From an uncultured Chlorobiaceae bacterium (lineage in GTDB: Bacteria > Bacteroidota > Chlorobiia > Chlorobiales > Chlorobiaceae): 48,594 bases of DNA. This document shows positions 1 through 11,428 of the stretch, piece by piece (the stretch's first letter is position 1; the number at the start of each line of letters is the position of its first letter). The DNA is taken from positions 1 through 48,594 of the forward strand of contig CAIQSY010000091.1 in assembly GCA_903874585.1 (NCBI GenBank), in the 5' to 3' direction. The notes beneath the pieces were generated by a model, which did not search any database, was not told the DNA's origin, and worked only from the letters and a program-made list of their open reading frames with translations. The position numbers and the translations under genes are program-made.

Positions 1-494
1 ATAATACGCTCAATGCCCATCGCCTTCATCTGGAGTGCCAGCTCATAATCCTGAACTGCGGAACTCTCCGTCCAGCCTTTGATTTTTGGAATGCCATTTT
101 CAGCATCAATGCCCACCACAATTTTTGATGGACGATAGAGCTTCATCAGCTCCTCAATCAACTGTGGATTGGTTACCGCTGCAGAGCCAATAACAACGCG
201 GCTGACACCAATATCGAGATATTTTTTTACCGCATCGACTGACCGAATGCCACCACCAACCTGCACTGGAATATCGATGGTTGCAACAATCTCCTTAATT
301 TTTTCAAAATTGACCGTCTCGCCGGTAAGGGCAGCATCGAGGTCAACAATGTGGAGCATTTTTGCATTCTGCTTGCGCCAGATAATGGCCATGTCGGCAG
401 GATTGTCGAGGTAAATTTTTTTCTGGCTGAAATCACCGCGCGTCAACCGGACGCACTTACCCTCTTTAATATCAATAGCAGGAATAATCAACAT
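1..494 (-). CDS. hisA: HisA phosphoribosylformimino-5-aminoimidazole carboxamide ribotide isomerase (3' end runs off the window)
   Basis: Manual translation from ATG at 494 gives MLIIPAIDIKEGKCVRLTRGD...LHIVDLDAA...QVGGGIRS, typical HisA motifs; directly downstream of hisH; not in the ORF track because it is truncated. Confidence 0.95.
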   Translation of the reverse strand, partial: MLIIPAIDIKEGKCVRLTRGDFSQKKIYLDNPADMAIIWRKQNAKMLHIVDLDAALTGETVNFEKIKEIVATIDIPVQVGGGIRSVDAVKKYLDIGVSRVVIGSAAVTNPQLIEELMKLYRPSKIVVGIDAENGIPKIKGWTESSAVQDYELALQMKAMGIERI

Positions 495-517
495 GGTATA
501 TCACAAAAAAACAGGTT

Positions 518-1123
518 TTAACATCCAGCAAAATTTTTGAGCACCTGCAAACCTGCATCTGAACTCTTTTCCGGATGAAACTGAACGGCAAAAATACCAT
601 TTTTTTCAATGGCAGAACAAAAATTTTTTCCCGTAAAATGTGTGGTGGTTGCAACATCTGCCGCCGCTTCAGGCTCGCAATAAAATGAGTGAACAAAGTA
701 GAAAAAAGAGTGGTCGGGAATACCTTTAAAAAGCAAGCTCTCTTTTTGCTGATCAACAGAGTTCCAGCCAATCTGCGGAATTTTATCAACGTCGCTGACA
801 AAATGGCGCACCTTGCCCGGAATCAGATCCATACCTGTCCATTCGCCCATCTCTTCACTGTCGGTCAAGAGCAACTGCATACCGAGGCATATACCGAGAA
901 GTTGTCCACCTTTATCAACATGCTCAAGAATAGCCTCAGTAAAACCGGAGGCGTTCAGCGACTCAATTGCCTTACCGAAAGCACCAACACCAGGAAGAAT
1001 AACTTTGCGACAACCCTTGAGTTTTGCGGGATCGCTGCTGACCTGAACCTTGAAGCCAAGGTACTCAAACGCCTTGTGCACAGAACGCAGATTACCTGCG
1101 CCGTAATCGGCAATAAAAATCAT
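518..1123 (-). CDS. hisH: Imidazole glycerol phosphate synthase glutamine amidotransferase subunit
   Basis: DYGAGNLRSV, PGVGAF, GICLGMQ, YFVHS and QFHPEKS motifs. Confidence 0.97.
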   Translation of the reverse strand: MIFIADYGAGNLRSVHKAFEYLGFKVQVSSDPAKLKGCRKVILPGVGAFGKAIESLNASGFTEAILEHVDKGGQLLGICLGMQLLLTDSEEMGEWTGMDLIPGKVRHFVSDVDKIPQIGWNSVDQQKESLLFKGIPDHSFFYFVHSFYCEPEAAADVATTTHFTGKNFCSAIEKNGIFAVQFHPEKSSDAGLQVLKNFAGC

Positions 1124-1294
1124 GAAACAAACATTATTGAGTGTAAAAAAAAGTTTTGATGAGTATTCAGAATGGTGAAAACCTTGTAAATACTCTCATT
1201 TTTATATTGCTTATTAATTGCTTATTATGAAATGTTTACGCCTTACCGTACAATCCAGCAAGTCTCCATTATCACATACGAAATCGAAGAACCA

Positions 1295-2140
1295 ATGTAT
1301 CAAATTGTTTCCGCACAATTTTTAGCTGAAAATATCAAAAAAATTGAAATTGAGGCTCCTCGTATTGCCAAAAAGAGAAAAGCTGGTCAGTTTGTGATGA
1401 TCAGAGTTGGTGAAACAGGCGAACGTATTCCACTTACCATTGCCGGTTCTGATCCTGAAAAGGGCACTATTACTATTATTGTTCAGGGTATGGGAAAATC
1501 CACTAGAGAGCTGAATCGTAAAGAGGCTGGTGACACCATCCATGATATTGTTGGACCTCTTGGGACGCCATCGCATATCGAAAATTTTGGCACGGCGGTC
1601 AGCATCGGTGGTGGAGTCGGTACGGCAATTGCTTACCCGACGGCTGTTGCGCTGAAGGAGGCAGGCAATAACGTGATTACCATTAACGGTGCCCGTTCTA
1701 AAGACCTGGTTATTCTTGAAAAAGAGATGGCAGCGGTTAGTGATGAAGCCTACATTACCACCGACGATGGGTCATATGGTTTCCACGGCTTTGTAACGCA
1801 GAAACTGCAGGAGCTGATTGATTCTGGTAAAAAGATTGATTTGGTGCTTGCCATTGGTCCTATCCCCATGATGAGAGCTGTTGCTGAAGTAACACGCCCG
1901 TACAACATTAAAACGGTGGTGAGTCTTAACCCGATTATGGTTGATGGTACCGGCATGTGCGGTGGCTGCCGCGTTACGGTGAACAACGAAACCAAATTTG
2001 CCTGCGTTGATGGTCCGGAATTTGATGCTCATCAGGTGGACTTTAAAAATCTGATGGATCGCAACAAGCTCTATTTGCCGGAAGAGAAACACTCGACTGA
2101 CGCATTTGCGCACAAATGCCATATGCACAAGCAGGCATAA
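1295..2140 (+). CDS. nfnA: NfnA/SudB-like FAD/[2Fe-2S] small subunit (PyrK/ferredoxin-NADP reductase family)
   Basis: GQFVM..ERIPLTI, GPLG, GGGVG and DGTGMCGGCR...CVDGPEF motifs; start moved to ATG 1295; paired with a GltD-like gene. Confidence 0.85.
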   Translation: MYQIVSAQFLAENIKKIEIEAPRIAKKRKAGQFVMIRVGETGERIPLTIAGSDPEKGTITIIVQGMGKSTRELNRKEAGDTIHDIVGPLGTPSHIENFGTAVSIGGGVGTAIAYPTAVALKEAGNNVITINGARSKDLVILEKEMAAVSDEAYITTDDGSYGFHGFVTQKLQELIDSGKKIDLVLAIGPIPMMRAVAEVTRPYNIKTVVSLNPIMVDGTGMCGGCRVTVNNETKFACVDGPEFDAHQVDFKNLMDRNKLYLPEEKHSTDAFAHKCHMHKQA

Positions 2141-2251
2141 ATAATCGTTGACGTTATCATCTCATTATCAGGGGTTTTCTATCCCCTTGGTTCATTTACA
2201 GAGACTGCCTTTTTCGGATAAACCAACTCTCTTTTTTTACGAAAAATTACT

Positions 2252-3688
2252 ATGGACGCACAACATATCACGACCAAAGAACGCCTTGCTATTCCCCGCC
2301 AGGAGATGCCTGCCCAGTTACCAGAGGTACGTATCCATAATTTTAATGAAGTGCATCTCGGATACACTCCAGAACTGGCACGCCAAGAGGCGTTGCGGTG
2401 TATTCAGTGCAAAGACCCTGTCTGCATCAAAGGATGCCCTGTCAATATCAAGATAGACCAGTTCATCAAGCTGATTGCCGAAGGCAATTTTCTTGGCGCG
2501 GCAAAAAAAATCAAGGAGGATAACGTACTGCCTGCTATCTGTGGCAGGGTTTGCCCGCAGGAAGATCAGTGCGAAAAAATGTGCATTCTCACCAAAAAAC
2601 ATGAATCGGTTGCTATCGGCAATCTGGAGCGATTTGCGGCCGATTATGAGCGTGAGACCGGAAATGTGGAACTGCCTTCCGTAAAGTCGTCAACAGCCAA
2701 AAAAGTTGCGGTTATCGGCAGTGGACCTGCGGGACTGAGTTGCGCAAACGATCTGATTCAATTGGGCCATGCTGTCACAGTGTTTGAGGCACTGCATGAA
2801 CTTGGTGGTGTTCTTGTTTATGGCATTCCAGAATTCCGCCTTCCCAAAGAGATTGTAAAAGCTGAAATTGAGGGGCTGAAACAACTTGGTGTTGTGTTTG
2901 TTACCAATGCAGTGGCCGGTCGCTCAATTACCGTTGATGAACTCCTGAAAGAAGAGCATTTTGATGCTGTCTTTATTGGTGTTGGTGCCGGTTTGCCGTG
3001 GTTTATGGGTATTCTTGGAGAGAATTTACTCGGAGTTTATTCCGCCAATGAATTCCTCACCAGGGTGAACTTGATGAAATCATATCAATTTCCCGAAAAT
3101 GATACGCCTGTATTTAATTGCAAGGGCAAAAACGTTGCTGTGTTCGGTGGTGGCAATACCGCCATGGACGCCGTTCGCACAGCAAAAAGATTGGGTGCAG
3201 AACATGCCTATATTGTTTACCGCCGCTCGAAAGCTGAAATGCCAGCACGCCTTGAGGAGCTTCATCATGCAGAAAAAGAGGGTATTGAATTTATGCTGCT
3301 GATGAACCCTGTGGAGTTTATTGGTAATGATCAGCAATGGCTTACCGGAGTCAAGTGCCTCAAAATGGAACTTGGAGAGCCGGATGATTCGGGACGTCGC
3401 CGTCCAGTGCCAATTAAGGATTCGGAGTTCATTCTTCCGATTGATATGGCAGTCATCTCAATCGGTAACGGATCAAATCCACTTATCAAGCAGACAACGC
3501 CTGATATTGAGGTCAGCAAGCGCGACACGATTGTGGTTGATATGAACACCATGGCGACATCAAAAGAGAATGTCTATGCCGGTGGTGATATTGTGACCGG
3601 TGGTGCAACCGTCATTCTCGCCATGGGCGCAGGGCGTACAGCCGCGGCGGCTATTCACGAAAAGCTGATGGGTGTTTCCGCGAAGTAG
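2252..3688 (+). CDS. nfnB: NfnB/SudA-like large subunit (GltD-like Fe-S flavoprotein)
   Basis: RCIQCKDPVCIKGCPV, ICGRVCPQEDQCE, GSGPAG, GGGNTAMD, YRR and AGGDIVTG motifs; no gltB large subunit nearby. Confidence 0.85.
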   Translation: MDAQHITTKERLAIPRQEMPAQLPEVRIHNFNEVHLGYTPELARQEALRCIQCKDPVCIKGCPVNIKIDQFIKLIAEGNFLGAAKKIKEDNVLPAICGRVCPQEDQCEKMCILTKKHESVAIGNLERFAADYERETGNVELPSVKSSTAKKVAVIGSGPAGLSCANDLIQLGHAVTVFEALHELGGVLVYGIPEFRLPKEIVKAEIEGLKQLGVVFVTNAVAGRSITVDELLKEEHFDAVFIGVGAGLPWFMGILGENLLGVYSANEFLTRVNLMKSYQFPENDTPVFNCKGKNVAVFGGGNTAMDAVRTAKRLGAEHAYIVYRRSKAEMPARLEELHHAEKEGIEFMLLMNPVEFIGNDQQWLTGVKCLKMELGEPDDSGRRRPVPIKDSEFILPIDMAVISIGNGSNPLIKQTTPDIEVSKRDTIVVDMNTMATSKENVYAGGDIVTGGATVILAMGAGRTAAAAIHEKLMGVSAK

Positions 3689-3705
3689 GGTTTATTCCCT
3701 AAGGC

Positions 3706-3777
3706 GTCAATACCCCGCCTCTTGAGGCGTAAAGTATGATAGAGTTCTCTTCAAAATACCCCGCTGCTTGCGGCGGG
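3706..3777. repeat. Two related GC-rich hairpins (aataccccgc..tt..gcg), possibly a miniature IS200/IS605-type element
   Basis: gtcaataccccgcctcTTgaggcg (3706-3729) and aaataccccgctgcTTgcggcggg (3754-3777) are both direct repeats of each other and hairpins with TT loops. Confidence 0.5.
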
Positions 3778-3811
3778 TTTTTTTATTCCCATATCATCTG
3801 ACAAATAAGTG

Positions 3812-3852
3812 GCAATAAAAAAGGGAGATGAAAGTCTCCCCTTTTTTATTGC
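3812..3852. terminator. Bidirectional intrinsic terminator between convergent nfnB and accC
   Basis: gcaataaaaaagggagat-gaaa-gtctccccttttttattgc: long stem with A and T tracts on the flanks. Confidence 0.85.
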
Positions 3853-3854
3853 TC

Positions 3855-5198
3855 TTACTTTTTTTCAAATCGGAAAGTCTCGAGAAAGCTGGTATCGAAC
3901 TCTCCACTTTGGAATACAGGGGAGTGCATCACCTGCTTATGGAATGGAATCGTGGTTTTTACACCTACAACAATAAATTCATCAAGCGCACGCGACATTC
4001 TTGCAATGGCTTCATCTCTTGTATGTGCTGTTACAATCAGTTTCGCAATCATTGAGTCGTAGTTTGAGGGTACGACGTAGCTTGCATACGCGTGTGAATC
4101 TACCCTGACACCATGCCCACCTGGCGTATGGAATACTTGCAGTTTACCAGGTGAAGGTCGGAACATATGTTCAGGATCCTCAGCATTAATACGGCACTCA
4201 ATAGCGTGACCTTTTGGTGTAAAGGTACGGCTTGCAATTGATTCCCCAGCAGCAATGAGAATCTGCTCCTTGACAATATCGACATCGTAACGCTCTTCGG
4301 TAACTGGGTGCTCAACCTGGATTCGTGTATTCATCTCCATGAAATAGAAATCCTTGTGCTTGTCGAGCAAGAATTCAATAGTTCCAGCACCTTCGTAGTT
4401 TATCGCACGTGCGGCCGCCACGGCAGCATCACCCATTGTCTTTCTTAAAGTATCATCTACAGCAGGTGATGGTGTCTCTTCAATGAGTTTTTGATGGCGT
4501 CTCTGTACCGTACAATCGCGTTCACCCAGATGTACGGTATTTCCATGTTGATCGGAGAGAATTTGAATCTCAACATGACGCGGATTTTCAAGATATTTTT
4601 CAATATATACGCCGCTGTTACCAAACGCCTGTTCTGCTTCACTGCGGGCAGTGTTGAGGGCTTTTTCAAGTTGACTATCCTCAGTCACAACGCGCATACC
4701 TTTACCACCGCCACCTGCCGTTGGTTTGATAATAATCGGATAACCAGTTTTTTTTGCTGTTTCCAGCGCTTGTTTCAAGTCGGTAACCAATCCGGGACTT
4801 CCGGGTACAACGGGCACACCTGCAGCAATCATTGTAACTTTCGCAGTGTTTTTATCGCCCATCGAGTTGATCATTTTTGCTGTTGGACCGATGAACTTGA
4901 TGTTTGCTGAATCGCACACTTCAGCAAAATCAGCGTTTTCAGCAAGAAAGCCATATCCCGGATGAATAGCATCCGCATTGGTGACCTCTGCTGCAGCGAT
5001 GATACGAGGGATGTTGAGATAACTCTCTCGTGACAAAGCAGGTCCAATGCAGACCGCTTCATCAGCGTATTTAACATGGATGGAATCCGCATCAACAGTC
5101 GAATAGACTGCTACTGTGCTGATTCCCATCTCGCGGCAGGTTTGCATAATACGCAAAGCAATTTCGCCACGATTCGCAACAAGTATTTTTTTGAACAA
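3855..5198 (-). CDS. accC: Acetyl-CoA carboxylase biotin carboxylase
   Basis: [31 protein letters not shown] and [14 protein letters not shown]; probable TTG start at 5198 (447 aa). Confidence 0.96.
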   Translation of the reverse strand: MFKKILVANRGEIALRIMQTCREMGISTVAVYSTVDADSIHVKYADEAVCIGPALSRESYLNIPRIIAAAEVTNADAIHPGYGFLAENADFAEVCDSANIKFIGPTAKMINSMGDKNTAKVTMIAAGVPVVPGSPGLVTDLKQALETAKKTGYPIIIKPTAGGGGKGMRVVTEDSQLEKALNTARSEAEQAFGNSGVYIEKYLENPRHVEIQILSDQHGNTVHLGERDCTVQRRHQKLIEETPSPAVDDTLRKTMGDAAVAAARAINYEGAGTIEFLLDKHKDFYFMEMNTRIQVEHPVTEERYDVDIVKEQILIAAGESIASRTFTPKGHAIECRINAEDPEHMFRPSPGKLQVFHTPGGHGVRVDSHAYASYVVPSNYDSMIAKLIVTAHTRDEAIARMSRALDEFIVVGVKTTIPFHKQVMHSPVFQSGEFDTSFLETFRFEKK

Positions 5199-5217
5199 AG
5201 CGTTATGGAATGAATGA

Positions 5218-5694
5218 TTATGGTTTAATACGGAACAGTGGTTGATCATATTCAATAGCCTGTCCGTTTTCAACAAGAATTTCAACAATCGTGCCTGAAA
5301 CTTCAGCTTCAATTTCGTTCATCAGTTTCATGGCTTCGATAATACAGAGCACATCACCTTTTTTTATGACATCGTTAACTGCTACAAATGGAGGAGAATC
5401 TGGTGACGATGACTGATAGAAGGTGCCCACAATTGGTGAGCGTGATTCAACAAGATCGGCCGCTGGTTCGCTTTTTGCTGGTTGTGGAGTTGCAGCCATT
5501 ACAGGGGCAGCCCCTTGCTGTACAGCGGATAATACAGGTACAGCCTGGTATTGTTGTGCAGGCATGACCTGAGTTGTGACGTTTGAGGTTGAGCGTCTCA
5601 GGATGATTTTAAAATTCCCCTCCTCAATAATTGTTTCCTGAAGGTCTGAGCCATTGATAATCTCAATAAGCTGCTTGATTTCATTAAGGTTCAT
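5218..5694 (-). CDS. accB: Biotin carboxyl carrier protein
   Basis: SPIVGTFY and EAMKLMNEI biotinylation motif; Ala/Pro/Gln linker. Confidence 0.97.
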   Translation of the reverse strand: MNLNEIKQLIEIINGSDLQETIIEEGNFKIILRRSTSNVTTQVMPAQQYQAVPVLSAVQQGAAPVMAATPQPAKSEPAADLVESRSPIVGTFYQSSSPDSPPFVAVNDVIKKGDVLCIIEAMKLMNEIEAEVSGTIVEILVENGQAIEYDQPLFRIKP

Positions 5695-5753
5695 AATAAT
5701 GTCACTTAAGTTATAACTACCTATTTGGGTTAACCTGTCGATTAATACAATTT

Positions 5754-6320
5754 TTACTTTTTTACTCTTTCTATGTACTCGCCTGTCCGAGTATCAACAC
5801 GAATAACACTCTCCGTTTGGATGAACATCGGAACATTGACCTCAGCTCCAGTTTCAACAATAGCTGGTTTGGTACCACTTGTTGCGCGATCATCTTTTGA
5901 GGCAGGGCTGGTTTCCGTAACTTCAAGTTCAACGAAAATTGGCATTTCAACTTCAAGAATTGAGCCATCATCAGAGAAAACAATAGTGACGACAATGCCA
6001 TCTTTGAGAAAGCGAGCGGCTGAACCGATAGCAACCTCAGTCACGTGAATCTGGTCGAATGTTTCGTTATCCATCATCACAAAATCACTGCTGTCACGGT
6101 ACAGGTATTGATATTGTTTACGTTCGGTAACAATCAGGTCAACAGATTCGGACGCGCTGAAACGATACTCAACATTTCTTCCAGTTTTCAGGTTTCTCAT
6201 ATTTGCCTGATAAAATGCACGCAGATTGCCGGGAGTACGGTGTGTCAGGCTTTCGATACTGTGTGGTTCTCCTTTAAAACGGATAATTGAGCCTTTTGAA
6301 ACGTTACTGATTGAAGTCAT
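5754..6320 (-). CDS. efp: Elongation factor P
   Basis: [10 protein letters not shown] loop, [30 protein letters not shown]. Confidence 0.97.
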   Translation of the reverse strand: MTSISNVSKGSIIRFKGEPHSIESLTHRTPGNLRAFYQANMRNLKTGRNVEYRFSASESVDLIVTERKQYQYLYRDSSDFVMMDNETFDQIHVTEVAIGSAARFLKDGIVVTIVFSDDGSILEVEMPIFVELEVTETSPASKDDRATSGTKPAIVETGAEVNVPMFIQTESVIRVDTRTGEYIERVKK

Positions 6321-6539
6321 AAGCGAGATTAAAAAATATCTTGTACAAGTCAGGAATTGTATGAATAATTAAGCTTAAATATAATACAGTATAGGGCGAA
6401 TACCAATTACAGGGTATGCAATCATGGATAATGGTTTAAAAAGCGATTGGATGTTTGTACTGTACTGTTTAAATTCGGTCAAACAACTATGCTTTGTAAG
6501 CAAAAGTTAATTTACATCAATTAATAACCAGCATTTCCT

Positions 6540-6815
6540 ATGACAAAAGCTGAATTAGTAGAAAAAATGGCTGAGCAGGCTCAACTTACCAAAGTTGACG
6601 CTGAACGTGCTCTGGTGGCCTTTCTTAATGTTGCGACAGCATCGTTGAAAGAGGGAAATGATGTTACTTTAGTGGGCTTTGGAACCTTCAGTGTTGGTGA
6701 TCGTGCTGAACGTCAAGGCAGAAATCCAAAAAGTGGTGAAGTTATTACTATTGCTGCTAAAAAAGTTGTTAAGTTTAAACCGGGTAAAGCGTTACAGACA
6801 GAGATTGCTGGTTGA
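6540..6815 (+). CDS. hup: HU family DNA-binding protein
   Basis: MTKAELVE..., [24 protein letters not shown]. Confidence 0.96.
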   Translation: MTKAELVEKMAEQAQLTKVDAERALVAFLNVATASLKEGNDVTLVGFGTFSVGDRAERQGRNPKSGEVITIAAKKVVKFKPGKALQTEIAG

Positions 6816-6847
6816 TTGTGATGTTTTATCGCACAGTCATTCTTGTA

Positions 6848-6883
6848 AAGCCCATCAAAAGCTTCAGCCTGATGGGCTTTTTA
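6848..6883 (+). terminator. Intrinsic terminator after hup
   Basis: aaagcccatca...tgatgggcttttt inverted repeat with T tail. Confidence 0.75.
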
Positions 6884-6908
6884 TCATGTTATTTAATTGA
6901 GCTGCATT

Positions 6909-7916
6909 ATGGCGACAAAGGTTGTTCTTGATTTTGAAAAACCACTCTTCGAGCTTGAAGCCAAACTTGAAGAGATGCGACAGTGTCTCCGTAGCACTGC
7001 GCGTGAGCAGACCAAGGCTGAAACGGATGTGCTCAATCATGAAATTGAGGCGTTTGAGCTCAAAGTCGATGCGCTTCGTCGATCGATTTATAGAAATCTT
7101 ACTCGCTGGCAGAGGGTTCAACTTGCCCGTCATCCCGAGCGTCCCTATACGCTTGATTATATTTACATGATCGCGAAAGATTTTGTTGAGCTTGCTGGCG
7201 ACAGGCATTTCAGTGATGATAAGGCTATTGTTGGTGGTTTTGCGCGTCTTGAAGAGAGTTCTTCAGGGTTTTCACAACCAGTTATGATTATCGGTCATCA
7301 GAAAGGTCGTGATACCAAATCCAATCTCTACAGAAATTTTGGTATGGCGCAGCCTGAAGGGTATCGCAAGGCGCTCCGTTTGATGCAACTGGCTGAGAAA
7401 TTTCGAAAACCGGTCATAACGCTGATTGATACGCCTGGAGCATTTCCTGGTATCGAAGCGGAAGAGCGCGGACAGGCTGAGGCGATTGCTCGGAATCTTT
7501 TTGAGATGGCAAAGCTGACGGTTCCGGTTATCTGTGTTATTATCGGTGAAGGAGCAAGTGGTGGAGCAATTGGCATCGGTGTGGGCAATCGAATTATCAT
7601 GGCGGAAAATAGCTGGTATTCAGTGATTTCGCCAGAGAGCTGCTCCTCTATTCTGTGGAGAAGTTGGAATTATAAAGAGCAGGCTGCTGAAGCGCTGAAG
7701 CTTACCGCAGAGGATCTTCTCGAGCAGGGCATTATTGATCGTATTATTCCTGAGCCTGTCGGTGGAGCACATACCAACCCTGACGTCATGGCGAGTACCT
7801 TGAAAAGCATCCTTATTGAGGAGTTGCAAATGCTTCTACCCAAGAATTCTGTAGAGCTTGTTCATGACCGGATTGCAAAGTTTTCAGCGATGGGAGTCTG
7901 GAACGACGAGGTATAG
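6909..7916 (+). CDS. accA: Acetyl-CoA carboxylase carboxyltransferase alpha subunit
   Basis: [53 protein letters not shown]; ATG at 6909. Confidence 0.97.
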   Translation: MATKVVLDFEKPLFELEAKLEEMRQCLRSTAREQTKAETDVLNHEIEAFELKVDALRRSIYRNLTRWQRVQLARHPERPYTLDYIYMIAKDFVELAGDRHFSDDKAIVGGFARLEESSSGFSQPVMIIGHQKGRDTKSNLYRNFGMAQPEGYRKALRLMQLAEKFRKPVITLIDTPGAFPGIEAEERGQAEAIARNLFEMAKLTVPVICVIIGEGASGGAIGIGVGNRIIMAENSWYSVISPESCSSILWRSWNYKEQAAEALKLTAEDLLEQGIIDRIIPEPVGGAHTNPDVMASTLKSILIEELQMLLPKNSVELVHDRIAKFSAMGVWNDEV

Positions 7917-7960
7917 AAACAGAGAAAGCCAGCAATAACGTTGTTGGCTTTCTCTGTTTC
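7916..7960. terminator. Bidirectional terminator between convergent accA and korB
   Basis: gaaacagagaaagccagcaa-taacg-ttgttggctttctctgtttc, a 20-bp near-perfect stem. Confidence 0.8.
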
Positions 7961-7979
7961 ATATGTAATCTGCTTCTTT

Positions 7980-9011
7980 CTACTTGATTTCGTAGGAGTT
8001 GTCTCCCTTCAGCAACTGTTCGAGAGAGCCGCATCCATTCACTTGCGCATCCTTGATTTGATCAGTCAAGGCATCTTCGTAGGTTATCCGATCTTCAGCA
8101 TAGAAAACACCGAAAGGCCTTGGAAGAGAGTCATCATCCGCAAATCGTGCAAGGATGCTTGCCTTGTTAATGTCCGCTTCGTCATGAATCCAGAGATCAC
8201 TTTTTGAAAGACCCTCTTTATCGAGATCGACAACAATCGGCTTGAATCCATCAAGAATAATTCCCTTGTTTTTATCTTTTCCAAAAACAAGAGGCATTCC
8301 TTGTTCCACGTAAATCGTGTTATTGGCTTTATTGTCAGGGGTTGCAAATAACTCAAATGCGGAGTTGTTAAAAATAGGACAGTTCTGATAAATCTCTACC
8401 AGTGAGGTGCCCTTGTGCAAGGCCGCCCGCTTTAACATGGCACGCAGGAATTTACCGTCGCGGTCAAAAGCTCGAGCAAAGAAAGAGCCACCTGAACCAA
8501 TCGTCAGTGCTGCCGTATTGAACGGCTGATCAATGACGCCAGAGGGAGAGGTAACTGTCCGCAATCCGATTTTTGAGGTTGGGGAATACTGCCCCTTCGT
8601 CAGACCATAAATTTCATTATTGAAAAGGATAATGTTCAGGTCTGGATTTCTTCTCAGGGTATGAATGAAATGATTTCCGCCGATTGAGAGAGCGTCACCA
8701 TCACCAGTTCCAACCCATACGCTCAGCTCCGGGCGTGCAACTTTCAGACCGGTCGCCATCGGCAGTGCTCTGCCATGAATACCGTGAACACCATACGTTC
8801 CTAGATAATAGGGGAGTCGTGATGAGCACCCTATTCCCGAAATACAGGCAATATTTTCAGGTGCAACGCCCAGTTCTGGTAAAACGTTTTTCAGCTGCTG
8901 AAGCACTGCGTGATCACCGCACCCAGGACACCATTTTGCTTCCTGATTTGACGCAAAATCCTTAGCAGAGAGAATCGGCATGGCCGTCATTGTTGTGTCG
9001 TTATCGCTCAT
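7980..9011 (-). CDS. korB: 2-oxoglutarate (2-oxoacid):ferredoxin oxidoreductase beta subunit
   Basis: [22 protein letters not shown] and GDGD...[18 protein letters not shown]-binding motif. Confidence 0.93.
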   Translation of the reverse strand: MSDNDTTMTAMPILSAKDFASNQEAKWCPGCGDHAVLQQLKNVLPELGVAPENIACISGIGCSSRLPYYLGTYGVHGIHGRALPMATGLKVARPELSVWVGTGDGDALSIGGNHFIHTLRRNPDLNIILFNNEIYGLTKGQYSPTSKIGLRTVTSPSGVIDQPFNTAALTIGSGGSFFARAFDRDGKFLRAMLKRAALHKGTSLVEIYQNCPIFNNSAFELFATPDNKANNTIYVEQGMPLVFGKDKNKGIILDGFKPIVVDLDKEGLSKSDLWIHDEADINKASILARFADDDSLPRPFGVFYAEDRITYEDALTDQIKDAQVNGCGSLEQLLKGDNSYEIK

Positions 9012-9013
9012 TA

Positions 9014-10891
9014 TTAAAGCTCCTTTATAAGATCGGTGATTTTATTCAGTATCTCCGTTTCATTGAACGGCAATCCCTGTACTTTGCTGAATCCTTCCGG
9101 TGCAATCAGGAATGTATCGCGTATGATATGGATAAGCTGCCCGTTATTGAGTTCGGGAATAAGTATTTGCTTGTAATTGCCAAAAATCTCAAGAAGATTT
9201 TTAGGGAATGGATTGATATAGCGTAAGTGTGCATGTGCTACACTGTATCCCTGTTCAAGTGCAGTCTCAACAGCAGTTTTAATAGCTCCGTAAGAGGAAC
9301 CCCATCCAAGAACAAGCAAATCACCGTTAAGTGTTCCATTGTCAATACTTTGAAGTGGAATACTATCAGCGATCCTTGCGATTTTTTCCGCACGCAGTTT
9401 CGTCATCAGTTCGTGATTTTCGGGATCGTGGGATACGTTGCCGGTTTCATTCTGCTTTTCAAGTCCACCGATGCGGTGTTCCAAGCCTTTGGTTCCAGGA
9501 ATTGCCCACGAACGAACTTGGCGATCATCTCGTTTGTATGGCAGATATGGAGCATCTTCCGGTTTTCTTTCTGGTTGAAAACGTGGTTTGATGTCGGCAA
9601 GATTATCTGGACTTTCAACCTTCCATGGTTCCGAGCTGAGTGCAAGATAACCGTCTGTCAGGCAGATGACCGGTGTCATGTGTTCCACAGCAATTCTTGC
9701 TGCTTCATACGTTGCGTAGAAGCAGTCAACAGGAGAGGAGGCTGCAACAACGGGGAGGGGAGCCTCTCCATGTCGACCATACATAGCCATGAACAGGTCT
9801 GATTGTTCCGGTTTAGTGGGAAGACCTGTTGACGGACCGCCTCGCTGAACATTGATGACGACCAGTGGCAACTCAAGGATTACTGCAAGCCCAAGCGCTT
9901 CAGTTTTCAGTGCGAGACCAGGACCGGAGGTATTCGTGGCAGCAAGCGCGCCACCGTAAGCGGCACCGATGCTGCTCACGATGCCTGCGATCTCATCTTC
10001 AGCCTGAAAGGTTTTAACTCCATACTTTTTCTTTTTGGCCAAAGTCTGCAGGATCTCAGTTGCTGGCGTGATAGGATATGATCCAAGGAAAAGTTCAAGG
10101 TTAGCTTTTTTGGATGCTGCGGTCAGCGCAATAGCACATGCTTCGTTTCCGGTGACCCGGCGGTAGATACCGTGTTGTTTTTGCGGTGCAATATCAAACC
10201 GACCAAGATTAGCAAAGAGTTCTGTTTCATCGCCAAAGTAATAACCAGCTTTTACCGCAATGATGTTTGCCTCAGCCATCTGGGCATTTTTCTGGAATTT
10301 AGCCCGCAGGGTATCAAACGTTCCTTCCAGCGGAAGAGAGTAGAGCCAGTACAGCAAGCCCAAAACAAACATATTCTTACAACGGTCAATCTCTTTGTTC
10401 GTAAGACCGCTCTCTTTCAATGCCTCCCGAGTAAGTTGCAGAACTGGTACAGGAAACAGGATATAGTTGTCCAGAGAGCCATCTTCCAGTGGATTCGCAC
10501 CTTCATGATAGCCTGCAAGCTTCAAATTTTTCTCATCGAAGCCCTCAGTGCCAGCAATAATGATGCCACCACGGTGCAAGTCTTTCAGATTTGCTTTCAG
10601 TGCCGCCGAATTCATGGCGACCATAACATCAAATCGTGCACCGGGCGTATAGACGGGTTTGCTGCTGAATTGGAGCTGAAATCCTGAAACACCGGCAATA
10701 GTGCCAGCAGGAGCCCTTATTTCCGAAGGGAAATTTGGAAATGTATTCAATTCCGTTCCGTAAACCGCTACAGTGTTGGCGAACTGGGTTCCGGTCAATT
10801 GCATACCATCTCCCGAGTCTCCTGCAAAAAGCACGGACACGCTGGTTTTTGGTGTTACATTGACTTGTCTGGTTGATTTTTTTTCAGTCAT
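9014..10891 (-). CDS. korA: 2-oxoglutarate (2-oxoacid):ferredoxin oxidoreductase alpha subunit (gamma-alpha fusion)
   Basis: [43 protein letters not shown]. Confidence 0.93.
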   Translation of the reverse strand: MTEKKSTRQVNVTPKTSVSVLFAGDSGDGMQLTGTQFANTVAVYGTELNTFPNFPSEIRAPAGTIAGVSGFQLQFSSKPVYTPGARFDVMVAMNSAALKANLKDLHRGGIIIAGTEGFDEKNLKLAGYHEGANPLEDGSLDNYILFPVPVLQLTREALKESGLTNKEIDRCKNMFVLGLLYWLYSLPLEGTFDTLRAKFQKNAQMAEANIIAVKAGYYFGDETELFANLGRFDIAPQKQHGIYRRVTGNEACAIALTAASKKANLELFLGSYPITPATEILQTLAKKKKYGVKTFQAEDEIAGIVSSIGAAYGGALAATNTSGPGLALKTEALGLAVILELPLVVINVQRGGPSTGLPTKPEQSDLFMAMYGRHGEAPLPVVAASSPVDCFYATYEAARIAVEHMTPVICLTDGYLALSSEPWKVESPDNLADIKPRFQPERKPEDAPYLPYKRDDRQVRSWAIPGTKGLEHRIGGLEKQNETGNVSHDPENHELMTKLRAEKIARIADSIPLQSIDNGTLNGDLLVLGWGSSYGAIKTAVETALEQGYSVAHAHLRYINPFPKNLLEIFGNYKQILIPELNNGQLIHIIRDTFLIAPEGFSKVQGLPFNETEILNKITDLIKEL

Positions 10892-11014
10892 TGTCCCTGT
10901 TAATTACTTTTCAAAGTTGGTGAACAGCAAGAAAACCCCTGCATCAATGCACATCGAAGGATCGAAGATTCATTGAAGTGTATTGTCTGGTGAAATGTAT
11001 GCTGGGTGAGTAAA

Positions 11015-11048
11015 GTAGAAGGCAAAAAATTAGCACTCTGCCTTCTGC
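11015..11048 (-). terminator. Hairpin upstream of korA, possible terminator of the preceding small gene
   Basis: gtagaaggca...tgccttctgc inverted repeat, followed by a short T-rich run on the minus strand. Confidence 0.45.
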
Positions 11049-11167
11049 AATAGGAGCAATTTAAGAAGAAAAGGGGATTAAAACAAGTTTATCGTTGTTT
11101 TAAAGTCTATGGATCAATTTTTCTACGTTTTGCTTTAATATTTTGTTACGAGGTCTTTAGAAGCCCT

Positions 11168-11428
11168 TCATTGAGTACTTTTTTCGATGGCTATATTGTT
11201 TTTTTTGAGGTACTCCTGCCACTCTTTCTCTTCACGCGTTGGGCAATCGGGGGAGAGATCGCAAAAATCACAGCGCTGAATACCGTACATCTGCTCCATC
11301 CAGCAGTCATTATTGCTTTTTGATACTTCATTGACGTGATTGGGATTCTCCATCATAATTTTGGTGGCAATATCCATCAGCTCACGAATATCCTTTCTTT
11401 TTTGTTCGCTTTCAACTCCCCAACTCAT
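11168..11428 (-). CDS. Small Cys-containing hypothetical protein (86 aa)
   Basis: ATG at 11428 preceded by AGAGGAG; CWME..RCDFCDLSPDCP suggests metal binding. Confidence 0.75.
   Translation of the reverse strand: MSWGVESEQKRKDIRELMDIATKIMMENPNHVNEVSKSNNDCWMEQMYGIQRCDFCDLSPDCPTREEKEWQEYLKKNNIAIEKSTQ

Noticed and set aside
2252-3688. Glutamate synthase small subunit (gltD)
   Set aside because: No gltB nearby; pairing with a PyrK-like gene fits NfnAB/SudAB better
5199-5312. N-terminal extension of accC in the ORF track
   Set aside because: Overlaps accB; homology starts at TTG 5198
11030-11056. TTAGCACTC, half of a CIRCE (HrcA) operator, upstream of korA
   Set aside because: The second arm GAGTGCTAA is absent after the 9-nt spacer (reads caataggag)
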